DNA of 64,000 bases from Candidatus Latescibacterota bacterium (GCA_965206595.1 OZ242214.1:3936001-4000000), one strand, 5' to 3'; numbered from the stretch's first letter, positions 52,909 through 62,860 are shown. Numbers and translations: made by a program. The notes: generated by a model from the sequence alone, not told the origin.

Positions 52909-54246
52909 CTACAGTTCATATTTTTCAAATTTGTAGCGGAACGTGGTTCGTTCGATACCGAGCAATTTCGCGGCGTCAGCTTTGACCTTGTTTGCCTTTA
53001 GATAGGCATCCCACAAGAGCTGCTTTTCAAAAGCCTCGACGCGCTCCGTCAATGTGCCGCTTTCTACGTGATGTTCAGGCGATTGAACGTTTAGCGAGAG
53101 GTCATCAGGTGTAATCGCGTTCCCCTGCGCCAACACAACGGCGCGTTCGATGGCGTTCTCGAGTTCCCTGACATTGCCCGCCCAAGAGTACGTGGTCAGC
53201 AACTCCATTGCGCTGGGATGCACTGACGACACCTTCTTGCCGATCTCGGCGTTGTACTTGAGCAGGAAATGGGCCACGAGCAGCGGAATGTCTTCGCGAC
53301 GTTCGCGCAAAGGCGGGACGTCGATTGGTACTACATTGAGGCGATAGTACAGGTCTTCACGGAATGCCCCTTCCCTGATGCGGTCGGCCAGGTTTTGATT
53401 GGTCGCGGCGACAAGTCGGACATCGACGGAGATCGAGCGGGTTCCCCCGACGCGCTCGAACTCCCGTTCCTGCAGGACGCGCAGCAGTTTGACCTGCATC
53501 GCCGGCGTACTCTCGCCGATCTCATCGAGAAACAACGTACCGCCATCCGCGATCTCAAAACGTCCTGGTTTCATCTTTACGGCCTGGGTAAATGCGCCTT
53601 TCTCATGGCCGAAAAGTTCGCTTTCCAGCACGCCCTCTGCCAGGGCAGCGCAATTGACTTTGACAAAGGGTTTTTCCCGGCGCGTGCTATGCTGGTGGAT
53701 GGCACGGGCAACGAGCTCTTTCCCAGTGCCGCTTTCCCCGCCGATAAGCACGGTCGACTGGGTCGACCCGACCGTTTGTATCCTGCGAAAGACCGCTTGC
53801 ATTTTAGGGCTTTCACCCATGATCTCGTCAAAGCCGTAACGTAGCTCGTCTTCTCGGCGCAGGTACGCGTTTTCCTTACTGAGACGGCGTCCTCCAAGGG
53901 CTTGTTCAATTTTTATTTCTATCTGTTCAAGCGTGTACGGTTTGGTTATAAAATCCACCGCCCCCTTTTGCATGGCTTCAACGGCCAACTCGATCGTGCC
54001 AAAAGCCGTCATCATTACGACACTCGTTTCCGGCGAGGTCTCGGCAATGGCTGCGAGGACTTCAACCCCGGTCTTCTTTGGCATCTGAATATCAACCATG
54101 GCCAAATCGAAAAAAAACTCCTTGACCGCGGCGATCGCATCCTCTCCGTCAAATGCAACATGGGTCGAATGCCCCAGCCCCCCAAGCGCGAGGGCGAGCC
54201 CTTCTCTGGTGCTTTTATGGTCATCGGCGATCAGTATCCGGCTCAT
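52909..54246 (-). CDS. Sigma54-dependent response regulator (NtrC/ZraR family)
   Basis: Receiver (ADD, DIQMP), GESGTGKE, ESELFGHEKGAFTQA, LFLDEIG, WAGNVRELEN, Fis-type HTH. Confidence 0.95.
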   Translation of the reverse strand: MSRILIADDHKSTREGLALALGGLGHSTHVAFDGEDAIAAVKEFFFDLAMVDIQMPKKTGVEVLAAIAETSPETSVVMMTAFGTIELAVEAMQKGAVDFITKPYTLEQIEIKIEQALGGRRLSKENAYLRREDELRYGFDEIMGESPKMQAVFRRIQTVGSTQSTVLIGGESGTGKELVARAIHQHSTRREKPFVKVNCAALAEGVLESELFGHEKGAFTQAVKMKPGRFEIADGGTLFLDEIGESTPAMQVKLLRVLQEREFERVGGTRSISVDVRLVAATNQNLADRIREGAFREDLYYRLNVVPIDVPPLRERREDIPLLVAHFLLKYNAEIGKKVSSVHPSAMELLTTYSWAGNVRELENAIERAVVLAQGNAITPDDLSLNVQSPEHHVESGTLTERVEAFEKQLLWDAYLKANKVKADAAKLLGIERTTFRYKFEKYEL

Positions 54247-55703
54247 GTCCGTCTCTCTCGTTCCATAGTCGTCGGCAATTTGAGGGCAAACGTCGTACCG
54301 CCGCCATGCTTACTCGTGCATTCAATCGTTCCTCGGTGATGCTCGACCAGCCGTTTTACGATTGCCGACCCCAGCCCCGTGCCCTTGTTTTTAGTGGTAA
54401 AAAACGGGATAAAAGCGCGTTCCGCCGTCTCGGCGGACATACCCACTCCGGTATCCCGAACCTCGACGCGGATGGCATCTGCGTCCGCATCGACAAAACC
54501 TTCGACGGCGATGGTTCCGCCCCGGTCGATTGCTTGCGCGGCATTCTTGAGCAGATTGGTGAACACCCATTTGAGTTGGTCGGCGTCTGCTTCGATTGTG
54601 GGCAAGGTGTCCAGGTTTACCGTTTGAACCTCGATAGTGTCCGCACGCAACTCCGCATCGAAGAGTGCCAGTACTGAAGCGACTACGTCCGACAAGTCCA
54701 CCGCCTCGGCCTGCAACGGCGTCGGACGCGCAAAGTCCAGAAATTCGCTGACCAGTTGGTTCAATGACTGCACTTCCCCATCTACTTGTTCAATCAGTTG
54801 CTCCGCCTTTGGGTCGGCCGGGATCTGGCGTTTGAGCAAGCCTAGGAAAATTCGCATCCCGTTAAGCGGGTTTCTGACTTCATGGGCGAGCCCTGCCGAT
54901 AGCTGTCGAAGCTCCTCGGCCATGCGCGACACCTGCTGGTCCCGCTCTTGAATCGCGATACTCATCTCGTTGAATGTCGTGGCTAGCACGCCAACTTCGT
55001 CTTTACTGCGCGTTTCAACCTGCGTCCCGAATGCCCCGGCCTTAATCTGTTGGGTCGCTTGCGAGAGTCTCTCAATCGGCACGACGATCGACCGAGCTAA
55101 AAAGATGCTGAGGACGAGTGCAAAAACCACACCAACGACGCCGATGAGTACCATGTTGCGGCTCATCCTCGCAAGGCTTTCAAGGAACAGCACACTGGCA
55201 TCCACGGCGAGGATGGCGACGATATCACCGTGTTCGTCGTGGATGGGCGCATACGCAGATCGGTAAAAAGCATCGTCTTTGCCGTGAAAGGCGACTGAAG
55301 CGGCCCATATCCCTCCCTTGGCTTGATCAAGATGGATTCTGTCTTCGCCCAGTGAGTGGTATTGACTGCCAATGGGCACATCAAGGCGGGAATCAACGAG
55401 GCTTTTGTATTCAAGGTCGAGCACGTACATCGCCTGCGCGTCGGAAGCATCGCGCATGGACTGCAGCTTTTTTTGCAGCGTTCGGTACAACCGCGTGCCT
55501 TCGCCGCCCGGCTGGAGTGCGCGCAAGTAGCTTCCATTGAGTTGTGCTGCAGAGGTCTTGGCCACCGCCACGAGCCGTTCGCCCATCTCGGCGTCGAGCG
55601 CACGCTTTGCCGTGTCGTAAAATAGATAACTACTAGCCGTCAAAACCAAGACCACGAGCAGCGCAATGGTGAGGGTTGTCTTGGTTTGGAGGCGAACCTT
55701 CAT
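54243..55703 (-). CDS. Sensor histidine kinase (TM-sensor-TM-HAMP-HisKA-HATPase)
   Basis: AGLAHEVRNPL, NLLKNA, DTGVGM, FFTTK, GTGLG. Confidence 0.93.
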   Translation of the reverse strand: MKVRLQTKTTLTIALLVVLVLTASSYLFYDTAKRALDAEMGERLVAVAKTSAAQLNGSYLRALQPGGEGTRLYRTLQKKLQSMRDASDAQAMYVLDLEYKSLVDSRLDVPIGSQYHSLGEDRIHLDQAKGGIWAASVAFHGKDDAFYRSAYAPIHDEHGDIVAILAVDASVLFLESLARMSRNMVLIGVVGVVFALVLSIFLARSIVVPIERLSQATQQIKAGAFGTQVETRSKDEVGVLATTFNEMSIAIQERDQQVSRMAEELRQLSAGLAHEVRNPLNGMRIFLGLLKRQIPADPKAEQLIEQVDGEVQSLNQLVSEFLDFARPTPLQAEAVDLSDVVASVLALFDAELRADTIEVQTVNLDTLPTIEADADQLKWVFTNLLKNAAQAIDRGGTIAVEGFVDADADAIRVEVRDTGVGMSAETAERAFIPFFTTKNKGTGLGSAIVKRLVEHHRGTIECTSKHGGGTTFALKLPTTMERERRT

Positions 55704-55829
55704 GCGTTTTTTCACACGTAGTAATTTATTGAATAACAGCCGGAAAAAAATGGGTCCATGGCGGGGCCCCCGTGGCGCGCAACAAAACATTTTGAGCCTT
55801 CGCCGAATTTATCGGGAAAATGTCCTTCT

Positions 55830-55864
55830 CGGCAAATTTCTGCCTTCACGGCGAAAATTTGCCG
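55830..55864. promoter_or_regulatory. Tandem palindromic upstream activator sites
   Basis: GGCAAATTTCTGCC (55831-55844) and CGGCGAAAATTTGCCG (55849-55864). Confidence 0.6.
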
Positions 55865-55916
55865 CGTCCGTCCCAGATTCTACCCCAAACCCCCTTTGAT
55901 TCAGTGGGAAATTGGT

Positions 55917-55931
55917 TGGCACGGAGATTGC
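55917..55931 (+). promoter_or_regulatory. Sigma54 -24/-12 promoter
   Basis: TGGCACG-GAGA-TTGC matches the TGGCACG-N4-TTGC consensus; divergent from an NtrC-family two-component operon. Confidence 0.85.
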
Positions 55932-56065
55932 TTCATCCGGAGGTGTCCAATGCCATGGCGAAAAAGGGAGAGAACCAAGCTGTTCATCGGCTGTCTGACA
56001 GGGTAGCGGGCAAATCCGCCCGCTACCCTTCCCGTTAACCTATCTACCTACTAAGGGGGATAGAG

Positions 56066-56620
56066 ATGTTTGCACTTACGATTCTTGCACTGGTGCTGTG
56101 GGGATGCAGCGACAGAGAGGCTTCCCCGATGGCACCCTTTGGAGGTTCGCTCTGCGATCCAGCAGGGAAGATCTCCGACAACGACAACGGCGGTGAGGGC
56201 AGCGGCGAACATGGTCGCGGCGGTGAAGACGGCAACGAAGGTATAGAAAGCAGCGAAGGCAGAGAGGGTGGCGGGGAAGAATCCGCTACTCAATACGCAC
56301 GAGCTGACACCTTCGATGAAGTGAGGGCCGGTGCCCGTCTGATCATATCCTATTATGAAGATGCCGGGGAATTCAGAGGCACGGTCGAGAACACCACTGA
56401 CGGCACTCTACAGCAGGTTCGGGTAGAAGTCCATCTGTCCAACGGCGTTGAACTTGGACCCACAACGCCAACAGATATGGCCCCTGGGGAAACCATCGAG
56501 GTAGTCTTGGCTGTTCTGGAAAATGACCGCGATTTCTCCACCTATGGAGCCCATCCAGAGGTCGGATCGTCTGAACAGGAGGACAGTGCTACCGTCGTCC
56601 TTGACGTCGGGGAATGCTGA
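56066..56620 (+). CDS. Putative lipoprotein with Gly/Glu-rich linker and FxLYD-like Ig domain
   Basis: Lipobox-like LVLWGC; FRGTVENTT..VRVEVHLSNGVELGPT..APGE. Confidence 0.7.
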   Translation: MFALTILALVLWGCSDREASPMAPFGGSLCDPAGKISDNDNGGEGSGEHGRGGEDGNEGIESSEGREGGGEESATQYARADTFDEVRAGARLIISYYEDAGEFRGTVENTTDGTLQQVRVEVHLSNGVELGPTTPTDMAPGETIEVVLAVLENDRDFSTYGAHPEVGSSEQEDSATVVLDVGEC

Positions 56621-56622
56621 AA

Positions 56623-56660
56623 AAGAGAGGGGCGGGCAATCGTCCTGTCCCTCTTATTCT
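56623..56660 (+). terminator. Putative intrinsic terminator
   Basis: GAGGGGCGGGC-AATC-GTCCTGTCCCTC imperfect hairpin followed by a T-rich tract just after the stop codon. Confidence 0.45.
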
Positions 56661-56688
56661 CTTCACTCCTTGAAATAAAGGTAACCGT

Positions 56689-58218
56689 TCAGTTCCCTGG
56701 CAGATTGGGGCCGGGGGCGGAATGGTAGCAGGTTAAGTTGTTACGAAGGGTGGGGTGGGTTGGAGGCAGCAGCGAGGGCGCCGGCTGTTGCGACACCGCA
56801 GCCTGACAGGCCACCCTGAGATAGTCGAGGACGTTGCGCTGTTGCTGGCGCAGGGTATCGCGCACCGTGAGCAGACGCTCTACAAAACGGCTGCCTCCGG
56901 CACTGTGGGTGCCGATTGGGGGTAAAGCACTCCATTATGGATTCCGGTATCCGTGCTTTTTTACCTCCAAAAGCTGGTGTGACGCCACAGCACGCCATGA
57001 CGAAGGGCTCGTTCGGCTTCGTTGTTGGTCGGCTCGACGCCTTGTGTGCGCACGAAGGTCCACCGGGCCGGCCCGAGGTCTCGGAGGTTGGCGCAGGTGG
57101 CCGCCGTCTTGGCGTCGGCGAACTGCTGACCATACCCCAAGTAGGTATGAAACCGCCCACGCAAGCCGCTGACGTAGACCTGGAAGCTGGACCGTTGCAA
57201 GGTGCCGTCGCGGACGCGGTGCCACCAGCCAAACACCTGGTCGCTGGAATCCAACAGCCGTTGCCCGACCCAGGCGGCCTCCCACGAACTCCTCGAAGGT
57301 GCGCCGCAGATGCGCCCAGCAGACGTGCCGGCGTCGAAGCGGCAGATGCCCATAGGCCGAATAGCGATCGGAGCCGACCACCGCCCGGGTATCGGCCCCC
57401 AGCACCTCATCGACCCCGTCCCGTCCCCGGCCTTTTCGAATGGCGAACACGGTGACGCCCTCCGTCACTGCGGTCCACAACCAGGCCTTGGCGCGGCGCT
57501 GCCGCCAGCCGGTCTCGTCGACGTTGACTATGGGCTGTCGGCGAACAAAGGCGCGCGCCTCCTCGACCGCACCCGCCAGGGCCGCGGCCACCTCCTGTTG
57601 CAGTCGGCTGACCGTGCCCAGCGACACCTCAAGCCCGAAGGCGTCGGACAACAGCGACTGAATGTTGCGCTTGCTCATCCGGTAGGCCCCGGCCAACAGG
57701 CCGACCCAGGCCTGCACGCTGGGGCCGAAGGTGTGCCGCGACACGCCCTCGGGCCAACCGGCTTCGGTCAGGCGGTCGCAGTGAGCGCAGCGCAGGGTGT
57801 GCAACTGATACTCGATGACCTCGGCGCGCAGCGCAGGGAGGACGACTTCCTGGTGACGCTGCGGATGAGGATCGTCTCCCGTCAACGGGTGCCCGCATCC
57901 GTGGCACTGGCTGGGCTTGACCGGGATCCGTTCGTCCACCTGCTCGACGGTTACCCACGAGCGGCCGGGTCCTTCGTGCCCGGGCTGTGCGCCCGGCGAG
58001 CGCCCCGAGGATCGGCGTCGCGAGGCATCGGTGCGCGGCGAAGAGGAAGCGCCCGATTCCGAGGAGGCGGCTCCCCGGCGGGATCGTCCCTTGCGGCGGG
58101 CCAATTCCTGCTCCAGCTCGGCGAGGCGCGCCGTCAGTTGTTCCACGATCTGCTCGAGCTGGGCAATACGCTTGCGCAAGTCGCTTGCGGAAATCGCACT
58201 CTCAGGAGGTCTTTTCAT
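56689..58218 (-). pseudogene. IS66 transposase, disrupted
   Basis: GAQPGHEG, CxxC zinc ribbon, VDETGW, SDRYSAY, CWAHL, VEPTNNEAERALR; frameshift near 57285 and ~56-bp insert near 56915-56971. Confidence 0.88.
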
Positions 58219-58290
58219 GGGGGTCGCCGTATCCGGAAAAATCAAAAACACACACCCAATCCCGAAGATACCGACGGACCTGAAAACACG

Positions 58291-59459
58291 CTAGTGTAGT
58301 GTCCGTTAAATGGAAGGAATTAACCCTGCTCGGCTTCCAGCGCCTGCCGGGCGCGTTGGATCTTGCGCAGGATGTCCTCGCCTCGCGCCTTCCACTTGTA
58401 GGGCTTGGGGTTCCGGTTCCTCTCGGCCAGATAGCTTTCGATGTCTTTCACCAGCGCTTTGACGCTGGAGAAGCTGCCATCGCGGATCACGTCCTGCGTC
58501 AGTTCGCCGAAGAAGCGTTCGATCAGGTTTAACCAGGACGAACCGGTCGGAGTGAAATGGAGGTGAAAGCGCGGGTGCCGAGACAGCCCCTGTTTGACCC
58601 TGTCTTCTTTGTGCGTGCTGTAGTTGTCGACGATCAGGTGCAGATCCAACTCCTTCGGGGTTTCTCGGTCGATCTGTTTCAAGAAGCGCAGCCACTCCAC
58701 GTGGGTGTGCTGCTCCTCGGTGCGCGCGATGAGCTTGCCGTCCAGGTAGTTCAACGCGGCAAACAGGGTGATCGTCCCGTGGCGTTTGTAGTCGTGCGTC
58801 CTGGTGCGAAGCTCCCCCACGCCCAAAGGCAAGCCCGGCTGACTGCGCTCCAACGCCTGACACGGGCACTTCTCGTCGCAACACAGGACCAGGGCCTTTT
58901 CGGGGGGATCGAGATACAGTCCGATCACATCCCAAAACTTCTCTTCAAAGCGCTTGTCATTGGACACCTTGAAGGTCTTGGTCAAATGGGGCTTGATGTC
59001 GTTGGCCTTCCAGATGCGGTGCACGCTGTCCGGCGACATCCCCACGGCTTGAGCCATGGTGCGAACCGTCCACCGCGTACGCGGTTTCGGCGGCTGCGTC
59101 GCAGCGGTGATGACCTGCTCGACCTTATCGGAGGGAAGAGAGGGCGGTCGCCCGCGCCCCTTCGCATCCTGCAACCCGTCCAAACCGTCGCGTTCGAAGC
59201 GTTGCGACCACTTGTTCACACACGCCACGCTGACCCCAAGCTCCCGGGCCACCTGCGCCTGTTTGATCCCTTCGGCGCGACGCAAGATAATCGCCGCGCG
59301 CAGGCTATCGCGCGGCGACGCGGTCGACGCTTTGACGCGGCCTTCAAGCGCTTGTCTTTCCGGTTCGGTAAGGTCCACTTTGGAGATGGGTCGGGCCATA
59401 CCGGAAAGATAATACGGGGGAATCAGTTAATGCAACCCATTTCTCGGACGCCACGCTAG
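58291..59459 (-). mobile_element. IS630-family element
   Basis: CTAG at both ends; imperfect IRs TAGTGTAGTGTCCGTTAAATGG versus TAGCGTGGCGTCCGAGAAATGG (reverse complement of the right end). Confidence 0.88.
58320..59399 (-). CDS. IS630-family transposase (intact)
   Basis: HTH, LCCDEK, THDYKRHGT, LIVDNYSTHK, HFTPTGSSWLNLIERFF. Confidence 0.95.
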   Translation of the reverse strand: MARPISKVDLTEPERQALEGRVKASTASPRDSLRAAIILRRAEGIKQAQVARELGVSVACVNKWSQRFERDGLDGLQDAKGRGRPPSLPSDKVEQVITAATQPPKPRTRWTVRTMAQAVGMSPDSVHRIWKANDIKPHLTKTFKVSNDKRFEEKFWDVIGLYLDPPEKALVLCCDEKCPCQALERSQPGLPLGVGELRTRTHDYKRHGTITLFAALNYLDGKLIARTEEQHTHVEWLRFLKQIDRETPKELDLHLIVDNYSTHKEDRVKQGLSRHPRFHLHFTPTGSSWLNLIERFFGELTQDVIRDGSFSSVKALVKDIESYLAERNRNPKPYKWKARGEDILRKIQRARQALEAEQG

Positions 59460-59593
59460 GTATTTTTTTAGATGCTCAAACTACAACTGCAGGGGACTGA
59501 ACGGTTACAAATAAAGTTACATCCCCCCGGGCGACCTTGCGCTGGTCCATCGGTTCAGGCCGTCCAACCGTGGGACATTTGTATTTGAAACGA

Positions 59594-60448
59594 CTACGTC
59601 GGATGCTCGAAAAGCCGTATCGGCCCGGGGTGAATCCGGGCGATGGTGAAGCGAGAGCTCGGCATCGCGGAAGTGTAGGCCGCCCCGGTATCGATCATCC
59701 ACAGATTTGCGATCCTAACTGCCCGCTGTCCACGGGCGTGCCCACAGATGACGCACGCCACGCGCCCTTCTACCGCAGGAGCCTTTTCGGCGGAGCCGCC
59801 GTAGACGAAGCGCTCCATGCGGCGCCGGGACCATATCGCGCAATAGCTGTCCTCGCGGCTTCCGGTCCGGAGCGCGGAGAGAAACTCCTCCCAGGTGCGG
59901 TCCTCGGGAACATCGGCATGGACGATCCCGACCGGCCCCATCTCGCAATCCACCTCCGCGGCAAACGGCAGGGAAGAGAACGCCTGCACGTAGGCAGGCC
60001 GCCCGGATACGGGGACCGAATTCCACCACCCGCCGCCGTTGTAGTTCACCCACAGGTCGTGCTCCTCCCCCCGTTCCCCCGCGGGACCCGCGGCCGCGTC
60101 GAGAAGGAACTGATCGTGGTTGCCGCGAATGGCGTGGAACCAGCAGCGCCCGGTCAGCCACTGCAGGACGGCATTGGATTCCGGGCCGCGGTCGATCAGG
60201 TCCCCCACCGAAAACAGCCGGTCTCTGCCGGGGTCGAAGGACAGCTCGTCGAGGAAGTTTTCGAGGGCGGCGAACATCCCGTGGATATCGCCGACGACGA
60301 AGTCCCTGCCCCGCTCGTTGCGCGCGAAGGTCCTGACGGCTCCGTCCCCGCCCAAGGCCGCAGATACGAAGGTCAGGCGGTCCCTGATCACTTCGAGTTC
60401 CCAGATCGGCCTTCTCGACGGCCCTGGGCCAGTTTCCATGTCCTGCAT
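59594..60448 (-). CDS. Metallophosphoesterase (PphA/lambda phosphatase-like)
   Basis: GDIHG, GDLIDRG, RGNHD, VHAD, CGH, IDTGA; start uncertain. Confidence 0.88.
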   Translation of the reverse strand: MQDMETGPGPSRRPIWELEVIRDRLTFVSAALGGDGAVRTFARNERGRDFVVGDIHGMFAALENFLDELSFDPGRDRLFSVGDLIDRGPESNAVLQWLTGRCWFHAIRGNHDQFLLDAAAGPAGERGEEHDLWVNYNGGGWWNSVPVSGRPAYVQAFSSLPFAAEVDCEMGPVGIVHADVPEDRTWEEFLSALRTGSREDSYCAIWSRRRMERFVYGGSAEKAPAVEGRVACVICGHARGQRAVRIANLWMIDTGAAYTSAMPSSRFTIARIHPGPIRLFEHPT

Positions 60449-60641
60449 CCTCGTCTGCAAGCGTGGGCTGCGGCTTTGTCGCTTTGTTGATGGGGAGCAT
60501 CTGGCGCACCTGGCTACCGGCCCGGCCTGCAACTGGTAAGATACACGTGGCTGTGGGCATGCCGCCCCGAAGCCGGGTTGCGCTCCTGCTCTCCTCCTAT
60601 ATTGAGATCTGGAAATGGCTTCCCACACCCGGCCACCTGCC

Positions 60642-61379
60642 ATGAAAACCATCCCGGCAGCGCTGCTGCTCCTGCTCTCCCTTCCGGTCGCCGTCGGCGC
60701 TCCCGGGGAAATGACGCCCCGAGAGATTCTCGACCGCTTCGACGACCTCTACCGCGGCGACTCCTCGCGCGCGGTCATGGCGATGACGGTGGTCACCGAA
60801 CACTGGGCGCGCGAGCTGAAGCTCGAGGCCTGGAGCCGGGGAAGGGAGAAGTCGCTGTTCCGCATCCTGTCGCCGCGCAAGGAAAAGGGGACGGCCACCC
60901 TGAAGTCGGGCCGGCAGATGTGGAACTACCTGCCCAAGGTCAACCGCGTCATCAAGGTGCCGTCGTCGATGATGGGCGGCTCCTGGATGGGCAGCCACTT
61001 CACCAACGACGACCTCGTCAAGGACAGCCGCATGGCCGACGATTACGACTTCGAGTACGGCGAGGCCGGCTCAGGGGAGATCGCCGTGGTCTGCATCCCC
61101 AAACCGGATGCGGCGGTGGTCTGGGGCAAGGTGGTGGTCCGGATGCGCAGCGCCGACTGGATGCCGGTCGCGGTCGAGTACTTCGACGAGGACATGGAGC
61201 CGGCCCGGACCATGAGCTTCGGCGACTACCGCGAGGTAGGGGAGCGCCTGATTCCGCTGCGCATGCGCATCGCCCCCGCGGACGAGCCGGACGAGCACAC
61301 CGAGATCCGCTACGAGGAGATCGAGTTCGACCTTCCCCTCGCCGAGGACCTCTTCTCGCTGCGCAGCCTGCGCGAGTAG
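60642..61379 (+). CDS. Outer-membrane lipoprotein-sorting (LolA-like) protein
   Basis: Signal peptide, SPRKEKGTATLK, MWNYLPKVNR, SWMGSHFTNDDL. Confidence 0.85.
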   Translation: MKTIPAALLLLLSLPVAVGAPGEMTPREILDRFDDLYRGDSSRAVMAMTVVTEHWARELKLEAWSRGREKSLFRILSPRKEKGTATLKSGRQMWNYLPKVNRVIKVPSSMMGGSWMGSHFTNDDLVKDSRMADDYDFEYGEAGSGEIAVVCIPKPDAAVVWGKVVVRMRSADWMPVAVEYFDEDMEPARTMSFGDYREVGERLIPLRMRIAPADEPDEHTEIRYEEIEFDLPLAEDLFSLRSLRE

Positions 61380-61552
61380 CGTATAAATGCGTTCCCTGGC
61401 CATGGGAGCATCGGATGTTTTTCAACCTTTTGGAAAACCACGGATCGACACCGGATTCAACGTAAAATCCCGTGGTTTTCTCGCTCCCCAAAGCCTGACA
61501 GGTTTGGTCCGGACGCTGTGGGGATTTCTGCCGAGAGGAGAATCCGGAATAA

Positions 61553-62788
61553 TTGCCTGACGCAACCCTGGCCATTGCCTGGCGCAACATCATGCGCAAG
61601 CCGCGGCGGACCGCGGTGACGGTGGCCGCCGTCGCCCTGAACACGGCCGTGCTCATCTTCACCTACGCGATGATGGACGGCATGATCGCGCAGCTGGTGC
61701 ACAGCTCGCGGCACACCTACGTCGGCGACGTGCAGCTGCACGCCCCGGGGTACCGCGCCGACCGCTCGATATACAAGAGCCTCCCCGAGCCGCAGGCCCT
61801 GCTCGACAGGGCGGCCGCCGCCGGCTTCGGGGCCGCGGCCCGCAGCTTCGGCTTCGGCCTGGTCTCGTGCGGCGCCAAGTCCGCGGGCGCCAGCTACTGG
61901 GGCATCGATCCGGCCGCGGAGAGCAGCACCTTCGAGATGGCCGGCAAGCTCCAGCGGGGCCGCTTCCTGTCGGCGCGGGCGCAGTCCGAGGTGGTGATCG
62001 GACGCCGGCTCGCCCGCAGTCTGCAGGCGGACGTCGGCTCGGAGATCGTCGCCGTGGTGCAGGCCGCGGACGGCTCCCTCGGCAACGATCTCTTCCAGGT
62101 CGCCGGCATCCTGCAAAGCGTCGGCGAGGAGATCGACCGCGGCGGCATCCTCATGCACAGGGACGACTTCGACCGCCTTTTCGTCGCCGACGGACGCGTC
62201 CACGAGGTCGCCCTCCTCGGCAACGGCGCCGCCGCCGAGGAGGTGGCGGCCCTGTACGCCGGCCGGGAAGAGGAGGGGCAGGCCCTGGTGGCCGAGACCT
62301 GGCGCGAGCTGCTGCCCACCCTGTCCGACATGCTCAATGTCTCCGGCGCCTCGATGGGGATCTTCTCCGTCATCTTCCTGCTGGCCGCCGGCCTCGGCGT
62401 TCTCAACACGATGTTCATGGCCACCCACGACCGGGTGCGTGAGTTCGGCATGCTGAAGGCCCTCGGCACCCGGCCGCGTCGCATCGTCGGCGACGTCCTC
62501 GTCGAGGCGCTGGTGCTGTCGGGGTTCGCCTCCTTGATCGGGGCGGTTCTCGGCAGCGGGGTCAGCCTCTATTTCGAGGCCTCGGGCGGCCTCGACCTGA
62601 CGCGCTGGCAGGGGGAATCGCTGACCATGTCGGGGATGCCGATCGCCGCGGTCTACCAGTTCTCCCTGCATCCGGGGAGGGTGGCGACTGCGGTCGTCTC
62701 GATGTCGGCGGTCTGCGCCGCCGCGGCGCTGTTTCCCGCGCTCAAGGCGGCGCGCCTCGACCCGGTGGCGGCGATGACCCATCAGTGA
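61553..62788 (+). CDS. ABC transporter permease (FtsX/LolE-like)
   Basis: AWRNIMRKPRRT, LNTMFMATHDRVREFGMLKALG, PALKAARLDPV. Confidence 0.9.
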   Translation: MPDATLAIAWRNIMRKPRRTAVTVAAVALNTAVLIFTYAMMDGMIAQLVHSSRHTYVGDVQLHAPGYRADRSIYKSLPEPQALLDRAAAAGFGAAARSFGFGLVSCGAKSAGASYWGIDPAAESSTFEMAGKLQRGRFLSARAQSEVVIGRRLARSLQADVGSEIVAVVQAADGSLGNDLFQVAGILQSVGEEIDRGGILMHRDDFDRLFVADGRVHEVALLGNGAAAEEVAALYAGREEEGQALVAETWRELLPTLSDMLNVSGASMGIFSVIFLLAAGLGVLNTMFMATHDRVREFGMLKALGTRPRRIVGDVLVEALVLSGFASLIGAVLGSGVSLYFEASGGLDLTRWQGESLTMSGMPIAAVYQFSLHPGRVATAVVSMSAVCAAAALFPALKAARLDPVAAMTHQ

Positions 62789-62860
62789 GGGCAGCGGCGC
62801 AACGGAACGACGCACCTTCAGCGACGTATCGGCGGCAACGGGTAATCAGTACCATCTGAC

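Larger units (their letters stand above)
56681..59508 (-). mobile_element. IS66-family element (single-ORF ISBst12-like) carrying a nested IS630
   Basis: IRs GTAACCGTTCAGTTCCCTG and CAGGGGACTGAACGGTTAC; 8-bp target duplication AAATAAAG at 56673-56680 and 59509-59516. Confidence 0.92.
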
